Assembly: GCA_014730345.1 (NCBI GenBank)
Contig: WJIJ01000086.1
Coordinates: forward strand, 1-58,446
Source of the DNA: Candidatus Zixiibacteriota bacterium
GTDB lineage: Bacteria; Zixibacteria; MSB-5A5; UM-FILTER-46-8
DNA length: 58,446 bases
Reading direction: 5' to 3'
Shown here piece after piece: positions 8,391-17,524 of this stretch. Each line of letters starts with the position of its first letter. Position 1 is the first letter of the stretch. The position numbers were made by a program, and so were the translations under genes. The notes below the pieces were generated by a model, which searched no databases, was not told the origin of the DNA, and was given only the letters and a program-made list of their open reading frames with translations.

Positions 8391-11300
8391 ATGGCCCAAA
8401 AATTAACCGTAGTGCTCTTGGCATTACTCCTCGCGGCAGGTTTTAGCGCGTCTGCCTTCGCCGGAGATATTGCCAGTGGTTTGGATAATTATATTATCCA
8501 GAACAACCTGCAGGAGGAGTTTACTCCTGTGATCATCGTCATGGATCAAAGAGTCGATACCAGGGCGATGAATGATGAGTTTGACGCTAACAACACCCCG
8601 CTTGCCGAACGTCATGCTTTAATCATGACCGCTCTGCAGGAAACCGCGGACAGAACCCAGATTCCGGTTGTTCGCAGAATTGAACAGCTTAAATCGGAAG
8701 GGCTGGTTTCTGATTACAGCCAACTCTGGATTTCAAACATTATATGCATGAGCGCGAAATATTCCGCCATCCAGGAAATCGCCTCCATGACTGCCGTCGG
8801 CAGGATTTACTATGATGCAGAGATGGAATTAATTGCTCCGGTCGATGAACCGAAGCCCGGTTCCGGAGGAGATCTGACTTCAGTCGAGCAGGGATTAATC
8901 GCCATCAACGCCAACGATGTATGGGCGATGGGTATAACCGGCTCCGGTACCCTGGTCAGCAGTTTGGATACCGGCGTGGACGGTAACCATCCCGCATTGT
9001 ATGATCGCTGGAGAGGGCATGACTCCCGCTACCAGAACAATCCCGAATGGGCCTGGCATGATCCCCTTACCGGAACTAATTTCCCGTTCGATGATGGTTA
9101 CCATGGAACCCATACGATGGGAACGGTATGCGGCGCGGATAATAGCGGCGGCGATACGGTTGGAGTTGCAGTAGATGCCGAATGGATTTCCGCCGGCGTA
9201 GTTGACCGCGGCGGCGACCTGCCTACCCGTATGCAACGTTATCTGGTAGCTTTCCAGTGGACAGCCGATCCCGACGGTAATCCCAATACTATGTGGGATG
9301 TTCCTTGTGTATCTTCCAATTCCTGGGGACATTATCCGGGGAGTATGCCCGGCGGCGATTGCGATGACTGGTACTGGGACGCCCTGGACAATCTCGAAGC
9401 TATGGGGTGTCTTGTAGTCTTAGCGGCCGGAAATGAAGGTACCCTCGGGTTGCGCAATCCGGGAGTAAGGGCTACTGATGATTATAACAGTTTCGCTATT
9501 GGAGCGGTGGATGGAAACACCACCGGCTGGCCCATAGCCTCCTTTTCAGCCCGCGGCCCCTCTTACTGCACCCCTTCCGGTGACCCGGCTATAAAGCCCG
9601 AAGTTTGCGCCCCGGGCGTGGACGTTAACTCCTGTTATCCCGGCGGAAGCTACACCACTTTGAGTGGTACTTCCATGGCTACCCCCCATGTAGCAGGTGT
9701 GGTCGCCCTTATCAAGCAGGCTAATCCCAATCTTACCACCGAAATGGTCAAGCAGATATTGATGGATACTGCTTACGACTTGGGTTCCTCCGGCGAGGAC
9801 AATACCTATGGTTGGGGAATGATTGACGCTTACGAAGCCGTTATGGTAGCGCTCAGCTATTTGCAGGGCTATGGCGTTATCGAAGGTCAGGTTACCGATG
9901 CTTTCTCCGGCGATGGGTTGGAAGCTACAGTAACAATTACCAACCGCCAGCCGCCGATCGTTGCCCAGTGCAACTCCTCGGGTTATTATTCAATGCTCGT
10001 GCCGGCAGACACTGCCTGGAACCTGCAGGCTGAATATCCAGACTACAGCCCTGGCTACGCCACCGTTACCGTTACCGAAGATGACACCGTAACCCAGAAC
10101 TTCCAGCTCAATCCTCCGCCGGTCGCTATTGATATGATACCGGATGAATATCCGATTTACCTGCATCCGGGTGAAAGCTTTACCTATACCGGCGTGCTTA
10201 CCAACCAGACCAGTATGCAGATATACGGCGATGTATGGCTTATGCTGGATGTGCCCGGTATTGGAATGTACGGTCCTCTTCAGCTTTACCAGCACGTACC
10301 TCTCGCTCCCGGCCAGACCATTACCGTGCCTGGAATTTCCCAGTACGTTCCCACATTCGCTCCTATAGGCACCTATGAGTATATTGCCATTGCCGGAATG
10401 TATCCCAACTATGAGCTGGCGCGCACTTCGTTTGACTTTACGGTTCTGCCCGAAGGCGGAGCCCCCGCCGAAGTATGTATCCTCTGCGCCGACTATACTG
10501 ACAATTGGCATGGCGCCCGCGATTTACTGCTTGATAATCCCAACGTATTAAGCGTTGATTTTATCGATGTACAAAACTCAACGCCTTCCCTTAATGATCT
10601 TCTGGCATACAATGTAGTTCTGGTATGGTCTAATTACCAATTCGCGGACGCGACCGCGCTTGGCAACGTGCTTGCAGACTTTGTGGAAGTCGGCGGCGGC
10701 GTGGTAACCTGTGAATTCGCCCATTACGGCGGATGGGCTCTCGGCGGAAGATACATGACCGATTACTCGCCTATGGGCGCCGGCAATACCGGATACGGCG
10801 ATGCCAATATCGTAATCGATGACCCCAACCATCCTATAATGATCGGTGTGAACAGCGGAAGCGAATATTACAACTTCAACGTTCCCCTTGCCGGTAATAA
10901 TCCGCAACTGCTCTGCCATTATGATAACGGTTACAACGGAACTATCGTGAATGGCGATGTGGTTCGCTGTGTGGCGCTGAACAATTACTTCGGCGACCAG
11001 CATGCCTCCTGGACCGGTGATATCGGCGCCATGATGGTCAATGCGGTAGTTTATTCCGCCGCTAACAGTTTCTCCTTAGCGTTCCCGTCTCCGGAAGGTT
11101 ACCTTGACGCTTATGCCGCCGAGGATGAAAACGTGGTAAGCGCCACCGTCGTTAATAATTCCATGGCCGCTACCGAAGTTATCGGAATGGCTGGACGCGG
11201 CGGTGCCGGTGAACTTCCAATAGAGTACGGTTTGAACGATGCTTATCCTAATCCGTTCAACGCTTCTGCCAAGATAGTGATCGCCCTGCCGGAAGCTTCA

Positions 11301-11483
11301 GTTGTAAATCTCGACATTTATAACCTTTCCGGCCAGAAGGTCGCTACTTTGATTGACGGCAAGATGGAAGCCGGTTACCATGATGTAACCTGGGATGCTT
11401 CCGAATACTCCAGCGGAATTTATTTCTACAGGATGAACGCCGGAGAATTCTCCGCTACCAAGAGAATGACCCTCTTGAAGTAA
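8391..11483 (+). CDS. Secreted multidomain S8 subtilisin-like serine peptidase (bacillopeptidase F-like) with MIPD module and C-terminal sorting domain
   Basis: Catalytic triad SLDTGVD / YHGTHTMG / GTSMATPHVAG; prodomain; carboxypeptidase-regulatory-like EGQVTDA domain; AYPNPFN...KRMTLLK; aaggagg RBS. Confidence 0.93.
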   Translation: MAQKLTVVLLALLLAAGFSASAFAGDIASGLDNYIIQNNLQEEFTPVIIVMDQRVDTRAMNDEFDANNTPLAERHALIMTALQETADRTQIPVVRRIEQLKSEGLVSDYSQLWISNIICMSAKYSAIQEIASMTAVGRIYYDAEMELIAPVDEPKPGSGGDLTSVEQGLIAINANDVWAMGITGSGTLVSSLDTGVDGNHPALYDRWRGHDSRYQNNPEWAWHDPLTGTNFPFDDGYHGTHTMGTVCGADNSGGDTVGVAVDAEWISAGVVDRGGDLPTRMQRYLVAFQWTADPDGNPNTMWDVPCVSSNSWGHYPGSMPGGDCDDWYWDALDNLEAMGCLVVLAAGNEGTLGLRNPGVRATDDYNSFAIGAVDGNTTGWPIASFSARGPSYCTPSGDPAIKPEVCAPGVDVNSCYPGGSYTTLSGTSMATPHVAGVVALIKQANPNLTTEMVKQILMDTAYDLGSSGEDNTYGWGMIDAYEAVMVALSYLQGYGVIEGQVTDAFSGDGLEATVTITNRQPPIVAQCNSSGYYSMLVPADTAWNLQAEYPDYSPGYATVTVTEDDTVTQNFQLNPPPVAIDMIPDEYPIYLHPGESFTYTGVLTNQTSMQIYGDVWLMLDVPGIGMYGPLQLYQHVPLAPGQTITVPGISQYVPTFAPIGTYEYIAIAGMYPNYELARTSFDFTVLPEGGAPAEVCILCADYTDNWHGARDLLLDNPNVLSVDFIDVQNSTPSLNDLLAYNVVLVWSNYQFADATALGNVLADFVEVGGGVVTCEFAHYGGWALGGRYMTDYSPMGAGNTGYGDANIVIDDPNHPIMIGVNSGSEYYNFNVPLAGNNPQLLCHYDNGYNGTIVNGDVVRCVALNNYFGDQHASWTGDIGAMMVNAVVYSAANSFSLAFPSPEGYLDAYAAEDENVVSATVVNNSMAATEVIGMAGRGGAGELPIEYGLNDAYPNPFNASAKIVIALPEASVVNLDIYNLSGQKVATLIDGKMEAGYHDVTWDASEYSSGIYFYRMNAGEFSATKRMTLLK

Positions 11484-11534
11484 GCTGTCTTACTATGCCG
11501 CGAACAACCAAAACCGCGGTAAAAAATAAAGTAC

Positions 11535-11563
11535 ATCCGGCAGACCGATGCGGTCTGCCGGAT
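11535..11563. terminator. Perfect 13-bp inverted repeat after the peptidase (terminator or REP-like)
   Basis: atccggcagaccg-atg-cggtctgccggat; only a weak T tract follows. Confidence 0.6.
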
Positions 11564-11784
11564 TAAATTTTCACAGCCGTCATTAGCTTTAAATAATTAA
11601 ATGGAACTATTGATTCATGTTCTATATTGATATATTTACAGCAACCTGGATAAATGACATCGGCGGAAAAAGTTAAGGTGATTTCATAAATTATGAAAAA
11701 TGTTTTGTTCAATGGCTGAGATTGAGATGATTGTTAGACAAATTTTGAGGTAGTATTAATATTATGTTATATGCAAATTACCTC

Positions 11785-11813
11785 TTGACAAGAAAGCATC
11801 TGCTATTTATAAT
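11785..11813 (+). promoter_or_regulatory. Consensus sigma70 promoter
   Basis: TTGACA (11785-11790), 17-nt spacer, TATAAT (11808-11813), an exact match. Confidence 0.85.
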
Positions 11814-11832
11814 ACTGTAGCTTAATTTTTTA

Positions 11833-11976
11833 AACCATAGCGATCGTTTTTCTTCGAATGGCTATGGTTGGGGCAGGTTCTTTAAATTCAAGTCTCGGTT
11901 CAGATTTCATCTGAACATCTGTTATTCAGGGTAGTGTGAATTAGGTTGCACATTAGAAGCATTGAATCACTATCCT
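11833..11976 (+). other. Structured 5' leader (three hairpins) or small RNA
   Basis: aaccatagc/gctatggtt (11833-11869), gttcagat/atctgaac (11898-11916), agggtagtg/cactatcct (11928-11976), starting just after the predicted TSS. Confidence 0.4.
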
Positions 11977-12154
11977 AAAAGTTACAGCCATATTAGTCAT
12001 ATAACAATATTCAGTTAACTTATTGAACTATAGGTTGTTATTAAGCAATATTCTAATCGGCAAGCAAATTGCATGGGATATAAGAAATTGAAAAATCGAT
12101 ATAGTAAATTTTCGAATTTTATCTTTGGACGGGTTTTAAAACAGGAGGTGCAAC

Positions 12155-12853
12155 ATTTATAATACTGAGGTAAGGCATACGGTTTTTACAAAAAGGGAAA
12201 AAATAGAAGCTTCCAAGTGGAGCGATTCGAAAACTAAAAGGGTTTTTGAAATTCTATTTTCGGGCACATTAATTCTGCTTCTATCGCCCATAATGATAAT
12301 GGTGGCGATATTGAACAAAATTCTGGATCCCAAGTATCCCATTATTTACAAACAGATACGCCTCGGCAAAAATGAGATCCCGTTTGAATGTTATAAGTTT
12401 CGCACCATGATTGACAGCCACGACAATGGTCAACCGTCGCAACCCAAAGAAAAGAAAGAGTTTACCAACGTTTTCGAACGTACCAAAGTTACTAACTGCA
12501 AGAAAATCACTCCCTTTGGCGCTTTAATCCGTAAGTACTACATCGATGAATTACCTCAGTTATTCAATGTTTTAAAAGGCGATATGTCCTTGATTGGCCC
12601 CCGTCCCAATGAAAAATATCAGATTGATTATATCAGAAAAAGTCATCGTGATTTCGAACGGCTGTTGAAAATAAGGTATTCCACCAAACCCGGCCTTACT
12701 GGACCATGGCAGGTCGACCCCAATAAATTCGACCTTACTGACAGGGAAATTATCCAGCGCGATATTGATTATATCCAGAATGCTACTTTGAAATCTGATA
12801 TTAAACTTTCTCTTGTTACAGTCCTGAGGGTCCTCGGCGGCTTTGGACAATAA
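12155..12853 (+). CDS. Priming sugar transferase (Bac_transf, WcaJ/CpsE-like), probable ATT start
   Basis: YKFRTM, DELPQLFNVLKGDMSLIGPRP, KPGLTGPWQV. The conserved N-terminal KRVFEILFS...LLLSP lies upstream of the track ATG 12293. AGGAGGT at 12143-12149 precedes in-frame ATT 12155. Confidence 0.85.
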   Translation: MYNTEVRHTVFTKREKIEASKWSDSKTKRVFEILFSGTLILLLSPIMIMVAILNKILDPKYPIIYKQIRLGKNEIPFECYKFRTMIDSHDNGQPSQPKEKKEFTNVFERTKVTNCKKITPFGALIRKYYIDELPQLFNVLKGDMSLIGPRPNEKYQIDYIRKSHRDFERLLKIRYSTKPGLTGPWQVDPNKFDLTDREIIQRDIDYIQNATLKSDIKLSLVTVLRVLGGFGQ

Positions 12854-12942
12854 AGCATTTTCCATTTTACGAAATTTATATTTGCCCTTTGATAATTAGG
12901 GCATTTATTTTTTATTTTCGAGAATATCAAAATTGATCGAAT

Positions 12943-13713
12943 ATGAATGATAATCCTTTGTTAAATGAAGTTTCGGATAGGGAAGTTGAACTCCTGGGCA
13001 CAAAGCTATGCAAATGCACCATAGAAGAGGGAGTGAATTTAATCGATGATGCGATTTCATCCGGAGGTAAGTACCGTGTTATCATCCGTAATGCCGCCTG
13101 CATTAATCTATCTTTTGCCAATGAAGAATACCGCGATGCAGTAGCCGGTTACCATATGCGTTTCGTGGATGGTATCGGTGTTTACCTTGCCGGTAAAATC
13201 CTCAAAGGCATCGGGTTTCCGGATTTAGGGGGTAATCCTTTCGGAAGGGCAATACTTCAGCGTTGCGCCGAAAAAGGATACAGGGTTTACCTGCTGGGCG
13301 CTAAACAGGAAGTTGTGGCTAAGGCGGCGGAGAATTTTCAAAAATGGCATCATGGATTAAAAATCGCCGGTTATCATCACGGGTACTTCGACCTTGAAAA
13401 CTGCGGTGATATTATCGAGGAGATTAATAAAACTGAACCCGACCTGGTGATGGCCTGCTTCGGAAAACCTGAAGAGGTTTTCTGGATTGCGCGTAATTTC
13501 GATAGTTTGAGAGCGAAAGTTATGATTCCCATGGGCGGATTTTTTGATTTCCAATCCGGGCATACTCGCAGGGCGCCGGAATGGATTTTAAAGATGCGTT
13601 TCGAGTGGCTTTTTCGCCTGCTTATCGAACCAAGACGACTATGGAGACGCTATATCATAGGCAATACCATTTTCATGACCCGCGTTTTCCGTTATAAACT
13701 ATTTGGTAAGTAA
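12943..13713 (+). CDS. WecB/TagA/CpsF family glycosyltransferase
   Basis: DGIGV, VYLLGAKQEV, GYHHGYF, GGFFDFQSG..RRAPEW.....FEWLFRL..EPRRLWRRY. Confidence 0.92.
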   Translation: MNDNPLLNEVSDREVELLGTKLCKCTIEEGVNLIDDAISSGGKYRVIIRNAACINLSFANEEYRDAVAGYHMRFVDGIGVYLAGKILKGIGFPDLGGNPFGRAILQRCAEKGYRVYLLGAKQEVVAKAAENFQKWHHGLKIAGYHHGYFDLENCGDIIEEINKTEPDLVMACFGKPEEVFWIARNFDSLRAKVMIPMGGFFDFQSGHTRRAPEWILKMRFEWLFRLLIEPRRLWRRYIIGNTIFMTRVFRYKLFGK

Positions 13714-13757
13714 GCTATCCGGAAATTCATCCCCCACGGTATAACTCACCTTTATAG

Positions 13758-13786
13758 TTGACATTTTTTATCTAATTAATTAGCAT
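13758..13786 (+). promoter_or_regulatory. sigma70-type promoter
   Basis: TTGACA (13758-13763), 17-nt spacer, TAGCAT (13781-13786), upstream of 13907. Confidence 0.55.
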
Positions 13787-13906
13787 AGCGGCGGGTAAAG
13801 TATGATTTTCGATATAGCAATTTTTTATTAGTTCTACCGCCATTCAGATATGAGTAAATTTTGAATTTGATTTGTTTCTTACAAAGTTTGAATAAAAAGG
13901 GGAAGT

Positions 13907-15946
13907 ATGGCAACCGGTAAATCTATGTTCGGGGACCTTTTTTATTCCGGTCCGGACGAGGAGATTCTCGCGGCTCCCGAGGTTAATGAAAATTACGAGA
14001 CCAATGTTAGCCATTTATATGTAATCGGCGACCTGACCGGGGTGCCGCTGTTAAAAAACGCGGTTAATATGGGGCAGGAATTAATTGAGAAGATTGGCGA
14101 TGAGCTTAAAGCTGAAGAGGTTGATGAAGATACATATCACCTTTTAATCGTAGGCGCAGGCGGGGCGGGGTTAGCCGCGGGGCTTGCCGCCCAGGAGAAG
14201 GGATTGAAATATATTGTGCTCGAACAGAAAAAACCGGGCAACACGATTAATAACTTCTTCAAGGGTAAGGAAATCTACACCGAGCCGAAAAATATGCCCA
14301 ATAAATCGAAACTCTGGGTGCGGGATTCCCGGAAGGAAGAACTCCTTGGGCATTGGGAAAAGATAATCGATGACGCCGATTTGAATATCAAAACCGGCGA
14401 CCAGATGAAGGTTACCGGGATACGCAGGCAAAACGATGGATTTATCGTCGAAACGTTGAAATCCGAATATCGCGCCAACAGGGTAGTACTGGCCATGGGA
14501 CGTTCGGGTAATCCCCGGATGCTCAGAGTTCCCGGCGAAGGGCTTGATAAGGTACATCATGTTCTCGTTGATCCCGAAGAATATACCGGGGAGAAAATCG
14601 CGGTGGTGGGAGCGGGCGATTCGGCTTTGGAAGCGGTAATAGCGTTAGCGCCCCATAACGACGTTTGCCTGGTAATACGTTCCGGGGAAATCACCAAAGC
14701 CCAGAAGGATAATAGAGACAAAGTCATGCAGTTGGTCGATTCGGGGAAGGTGGAGATCTTTGCCAATTCCAATGCCAAGGAAATCCGCCCCTATGAGATA
14801 GTAATTGATGTGGACGGTGAAGAGCGGATTATAGAAAACGACCATGTTTTTAGCCTCATTGGCGCTATCCCTCCCGATGGGTTTTTAAAGAAGATGGGTA
14901 TACGGAAACTGGGTGATTGGAGCTTCAAAAAGGTGTTATTTCTGGCGGGGATGACCGCGCTGGTGTTTTTTATCTATGCATGGAAAGCTCAAAAATTCTG
15001 GATTTTCACCCCTGACAGCGCCCTTTACTCATGGACATCATGGCGTCCATCCATGTGGTTTGGTGTCCTCTACAGCATTGTTATTACCGGCTTTGGTATA
15101 AAAGCTATCTATCGTTATCGTAATGATTCATACCAGGTAAAAAGGTACATTGCGTTAATTCTATCTCAGGTCATTCTGTTCTGGCTTATCCCTGAGATAA
15201 TTTTTCAAACGCTTTACCCTGTACATGATGGCTGGCGGGCGTATGGGCTTTTCTACCCGGCTCCACTGTACGTATGGAATTTCTGGGCTCCAATGAACGC
15301 GCATATCTTCTGGTTCGCGTGGTCCATTTTAATCTCGGTAATAGGGATACCGATTGTAGCCAGGATATGGGGCAAAAAGTATTGCTCTTATGTATGCTCC
15401 TGCGGGGGACTCGCCGAAACCCTCGGCGATAAATACCGTGTTCTTTCCCCGAGGGGCCGGAGGGCGAGGGCATGGGAGAACCTGTTGACATATTTTATTC
15501 TCCTATGCGTTGGCACGGTTGTCCTTTTCGGGTTGCTGGATAAAAATTCGGGATGGTGGTCGTTCCAGGCGCTGGTTATCGATTTCGCCATTGCCGGGGT
15601 TATCGGGATAGCCTCTTATCCATTCTGGGGCAACCGTATCTGGTGCAGGTTCGGATGTCCGCTGGCAAAATTATATTACATATTCGCCAAGGATAATTCT
15701 GATGTGAAAATATCATCGGGACAGCACTGTATACGGTGCACTCTTTGCTCCAAGTACTGCCAGATGGGTATCCAGGTTATGGAGTTCGCCAAGCGCAACC
15801 AGGATTTCTCCAATAAGAACAGTTCTTGTATCCAGTGCGGAATCTGCATAACCGTGTGTCCGACCCGTAATCTCCAGCATGGCGATTGGTCGGAGGAGAA
15901 ATGGAAGGAAGAGATTGAAAAGGGACCTCCCATTAACGTAGTATAA
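13907..15946 (+). CDS. FAD/NAD(P)-binding TrxR/YpdA-like oxidoreductase fused to a NapH/YccM-like polytopic 4Fe-4S membrane domain
   Basis: IVGAGGAG and VVGAGDSA Rossmann motifs; several TM segments; CSYVCSCG and WCRFGCP motifs; CIRCTLCSKYC and CIQCGICITVCP ferredoxin motifs. Confidence 0.85.
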   Translation: MATGKSMFGDLFYSGPDEEILAAPEVNENYETNVSHLYVIGDLTGVPLLKNAVNMGQELIEKIGDELKAEEVDEDTYHLLIVGAGGAGLAAGLAAQEKGLKYIVLEQKKPGNTINNFFKGKEIYTEPKNMPNKSKLWVRDSRKEELLGHWEKIIDDADLNIKTGDQMKVTGIRRQNDGFIVETLKSEYRANRVVLAMGRSGNPRMLRVPGEGLDKVHHVLVDPEEYTGEKIAVVGAGDSALEAVIALAPHNDVCLVIRSGEITKAQKDNRDKVMQLVDSGKVEIFANSNAKEIRPYEIVIDVDGEERIIENDHVFSLIGAIPPDGFLKKMGIRKLGDWSFKKVLFLAGMTALVFFIYAWKAQKFWIFTPDSALYSWTSWRPSMWFGVLYSIVITGFGIKAIYRYRNDSYQVKRYIALILSQVILFWLIPEIIFQTLYPVHDGWRAYGLFYPAPLYVWNFWAPMNAHIFWFAWSILISVIGIPIVARIWGKKYCSYVCSCGGLAETLGDKYRVLSPRGRRARAWENLLTYFILLCVGTVVLFGLLDKNSGWWSFQALVIDFAIAGVIGIASYPFWGNRIWCRFGCPLAKLYYIFAKDNSDVKISSGQHCIRCTLCSKYCQMGIQVMEFAKRNQDFSNKNSSCIQCGICITVCPTRNLQHGDWSEEKWKEEIEKGPPINVV

Positions 15947-16069
15947 CCAAACCCGATTACATTACTTGAAAGACAGTGAAATGGGCGGGCAATAAATAGG
16001 TAATAAACCTTGTTTAATTACATGGATATAGTTATACAACACTATTGTTCAATTAATGCGCGGCAGGTT

Positions 16070-17524
16070 ATGTCAATATATATTCTCCCTATAATAGTTA
16101 TCTACGCTCTCGCTTCGACATTGTTGCTGATTTACGGTATCAATGCCTACGTGTTGATTTATTATAGCATTAAGTCATGGAAAGACTGGAAACGATCGTG
16201 TAAAGACCTTGCTTCTTACGATGTAATTCCCCGCGTGACCATTCAGCTTCCTATATACAATGAGCGTAATGTAGCCGCGAGAGTGATCCATGCCGCCGCC
16301 AAGCTCCAATACCCGCGGGATAAACTGGAGATACAGGTTCTCGATGATTCCAATGATGAAACCCGGGAAATCATTGATAAAACAGCAGGGGAATTATCAC
16401 GGGCCGGCATTGATGTAAATGTACTTCGCCGCGCCGACCGGAAGGGATATAAAGCCGGCGCGTTGGCTGAGGGGACAAAAACCGCCAAAGGAGAATACCT
16501 CGCTGTTTTTGACGCGGATTTCGTTCCCGAACCTGATTTTCTATTGAAAGCAATGCCTCCATTTCTCGAAGATGATAAAATCGCTTTTGTGCAGGCCAGG
16601 TGGGGGCATATCAACCGTGATGAGAACATCCTGACCATGTGCCAGTCGCTGGGTATCGACGGTCATTTTCTGGTGGAGCAACCCGCGCGCGCCCATGCCG
16701 GATTTTTCATGAATTTCAATGGCACCGCCGGAATATGGAAAAAAGAGGCTATTGAAGATGTGGGCGGCTGGTCAGACCGGACATTGACCGAGGATTTGGA
16801 TTTATCCTACCGGGTTCAGCTCGCCGGATGGAAACCGTATTTTATGGAGGATGTGGTCGTCCCCGCGGAAGTCCCCGCTACCATGGCCGGAGCCAAAAGC
16901 CAGCAGTTCCGCTGGGCTAAAGGCTCGATTCAAACGGCTGTGTTAATGTTGCCGAAGATATGGAGGAGGGATTACAGCCTTTTAACAAAGATGGAGGCGG
17001 CACTGCACCTGACCAATTACGGAGTCCACCCGATGATGCTCACCCTGGCTATCCTTGCCTACCCCATTTTGCAGTTCAACCTGGTTAAGATGTCCCCATA
17101 TTTCTTCGCGGTAATCGCGTTGCCATTGATAGCGGCGACCTTGGGCCCTTCTACAATGTACACAATCGCCACTCTTAGGAACCAGGAGAGGAAAAATGTT
17201 TCGCTTTTATGGCTTCCTTTCCTGGTGATATATGGAACCGGAATCGCCATCTCCAACAGCATAGCCGTCTTTGAGGCGGTGGTGGGTAAAGCGAGTTCAT
17301 TCATCCGTACGCCTAAAAAAGGAAGCCGTATCCAATCCGGCTACAAACTGAACCGTTCCAAACTATGGCTTTTTGAGATCAGCCTCGGGCTGTATTCATT
17401 CGGTTCCATTTCGGCAAGTATAATGGGCGAGAACTACGGCGTTCTTCCCTTCCTGATGATTTTTGCCTTCGGATTTGTTACTGTGGGTATAAGGACTTTC
17501 ATGGGTATAGCCCGGGACGCATGA
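16070..17524 (+). CDS. Membrane GT2 glycosyltransferase, cellulose synthase-like (processive motif set)
   Basis: QLPIYNE, GYKAGAL, VFDADF, TEDLDLS, QQFRWAKG. Start moved from 16010 to ATG 16070 (gcaggt RBS, N-terminal TM). Confidence 0.88.
   Translation: MSIYILPIIVIYALASTLLLIYGINAYVLIYYSIKSWKDWKRSCKDLASYDVIPRVTIQLPIYNERNVAARVIHAAAKLQYPRDKLEIQVLDDSNDETREIIDKTAGELSRAGIDVNVLRRADRKGYKAGALAEGTKTAKGEYLAVFDADFVPEPDFLLKAMPPFLEDDKIAFVQARWGHINRDENILTMCQSLGIDGHFLVEQPARAHAGFFMNFNGTAGIWKKEAIEDVGGWSDRTLTEDLDLSYRVQLAGWKPYFMEDVVVPAEVPATMAGAKSQQFRWAKGSIQTAVLMLPKIWRRDYSLLTKMEAALHLTNYGVHPMMLTLAILAYPILQFNLVKMSPYFFAVIALPLIAATLGPSTMYTIATLRNQERKNVSLLWLPFLVIYGTGIAISNSIAVFEAVVGKASSFIRTPKKGSRIQSGYKLNRSKLWLFEISLGLYSFGSISASIMGENYGVLPFLMIFAFGFVTVGIRTFMGIARDA

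Noticed and set aside
12293-12853. ATG 12293 as the start of the sugar transferase
   Set aside because: It would remove the conserved KRxF(D/E)I...LLLSP segment and has no clear SD.
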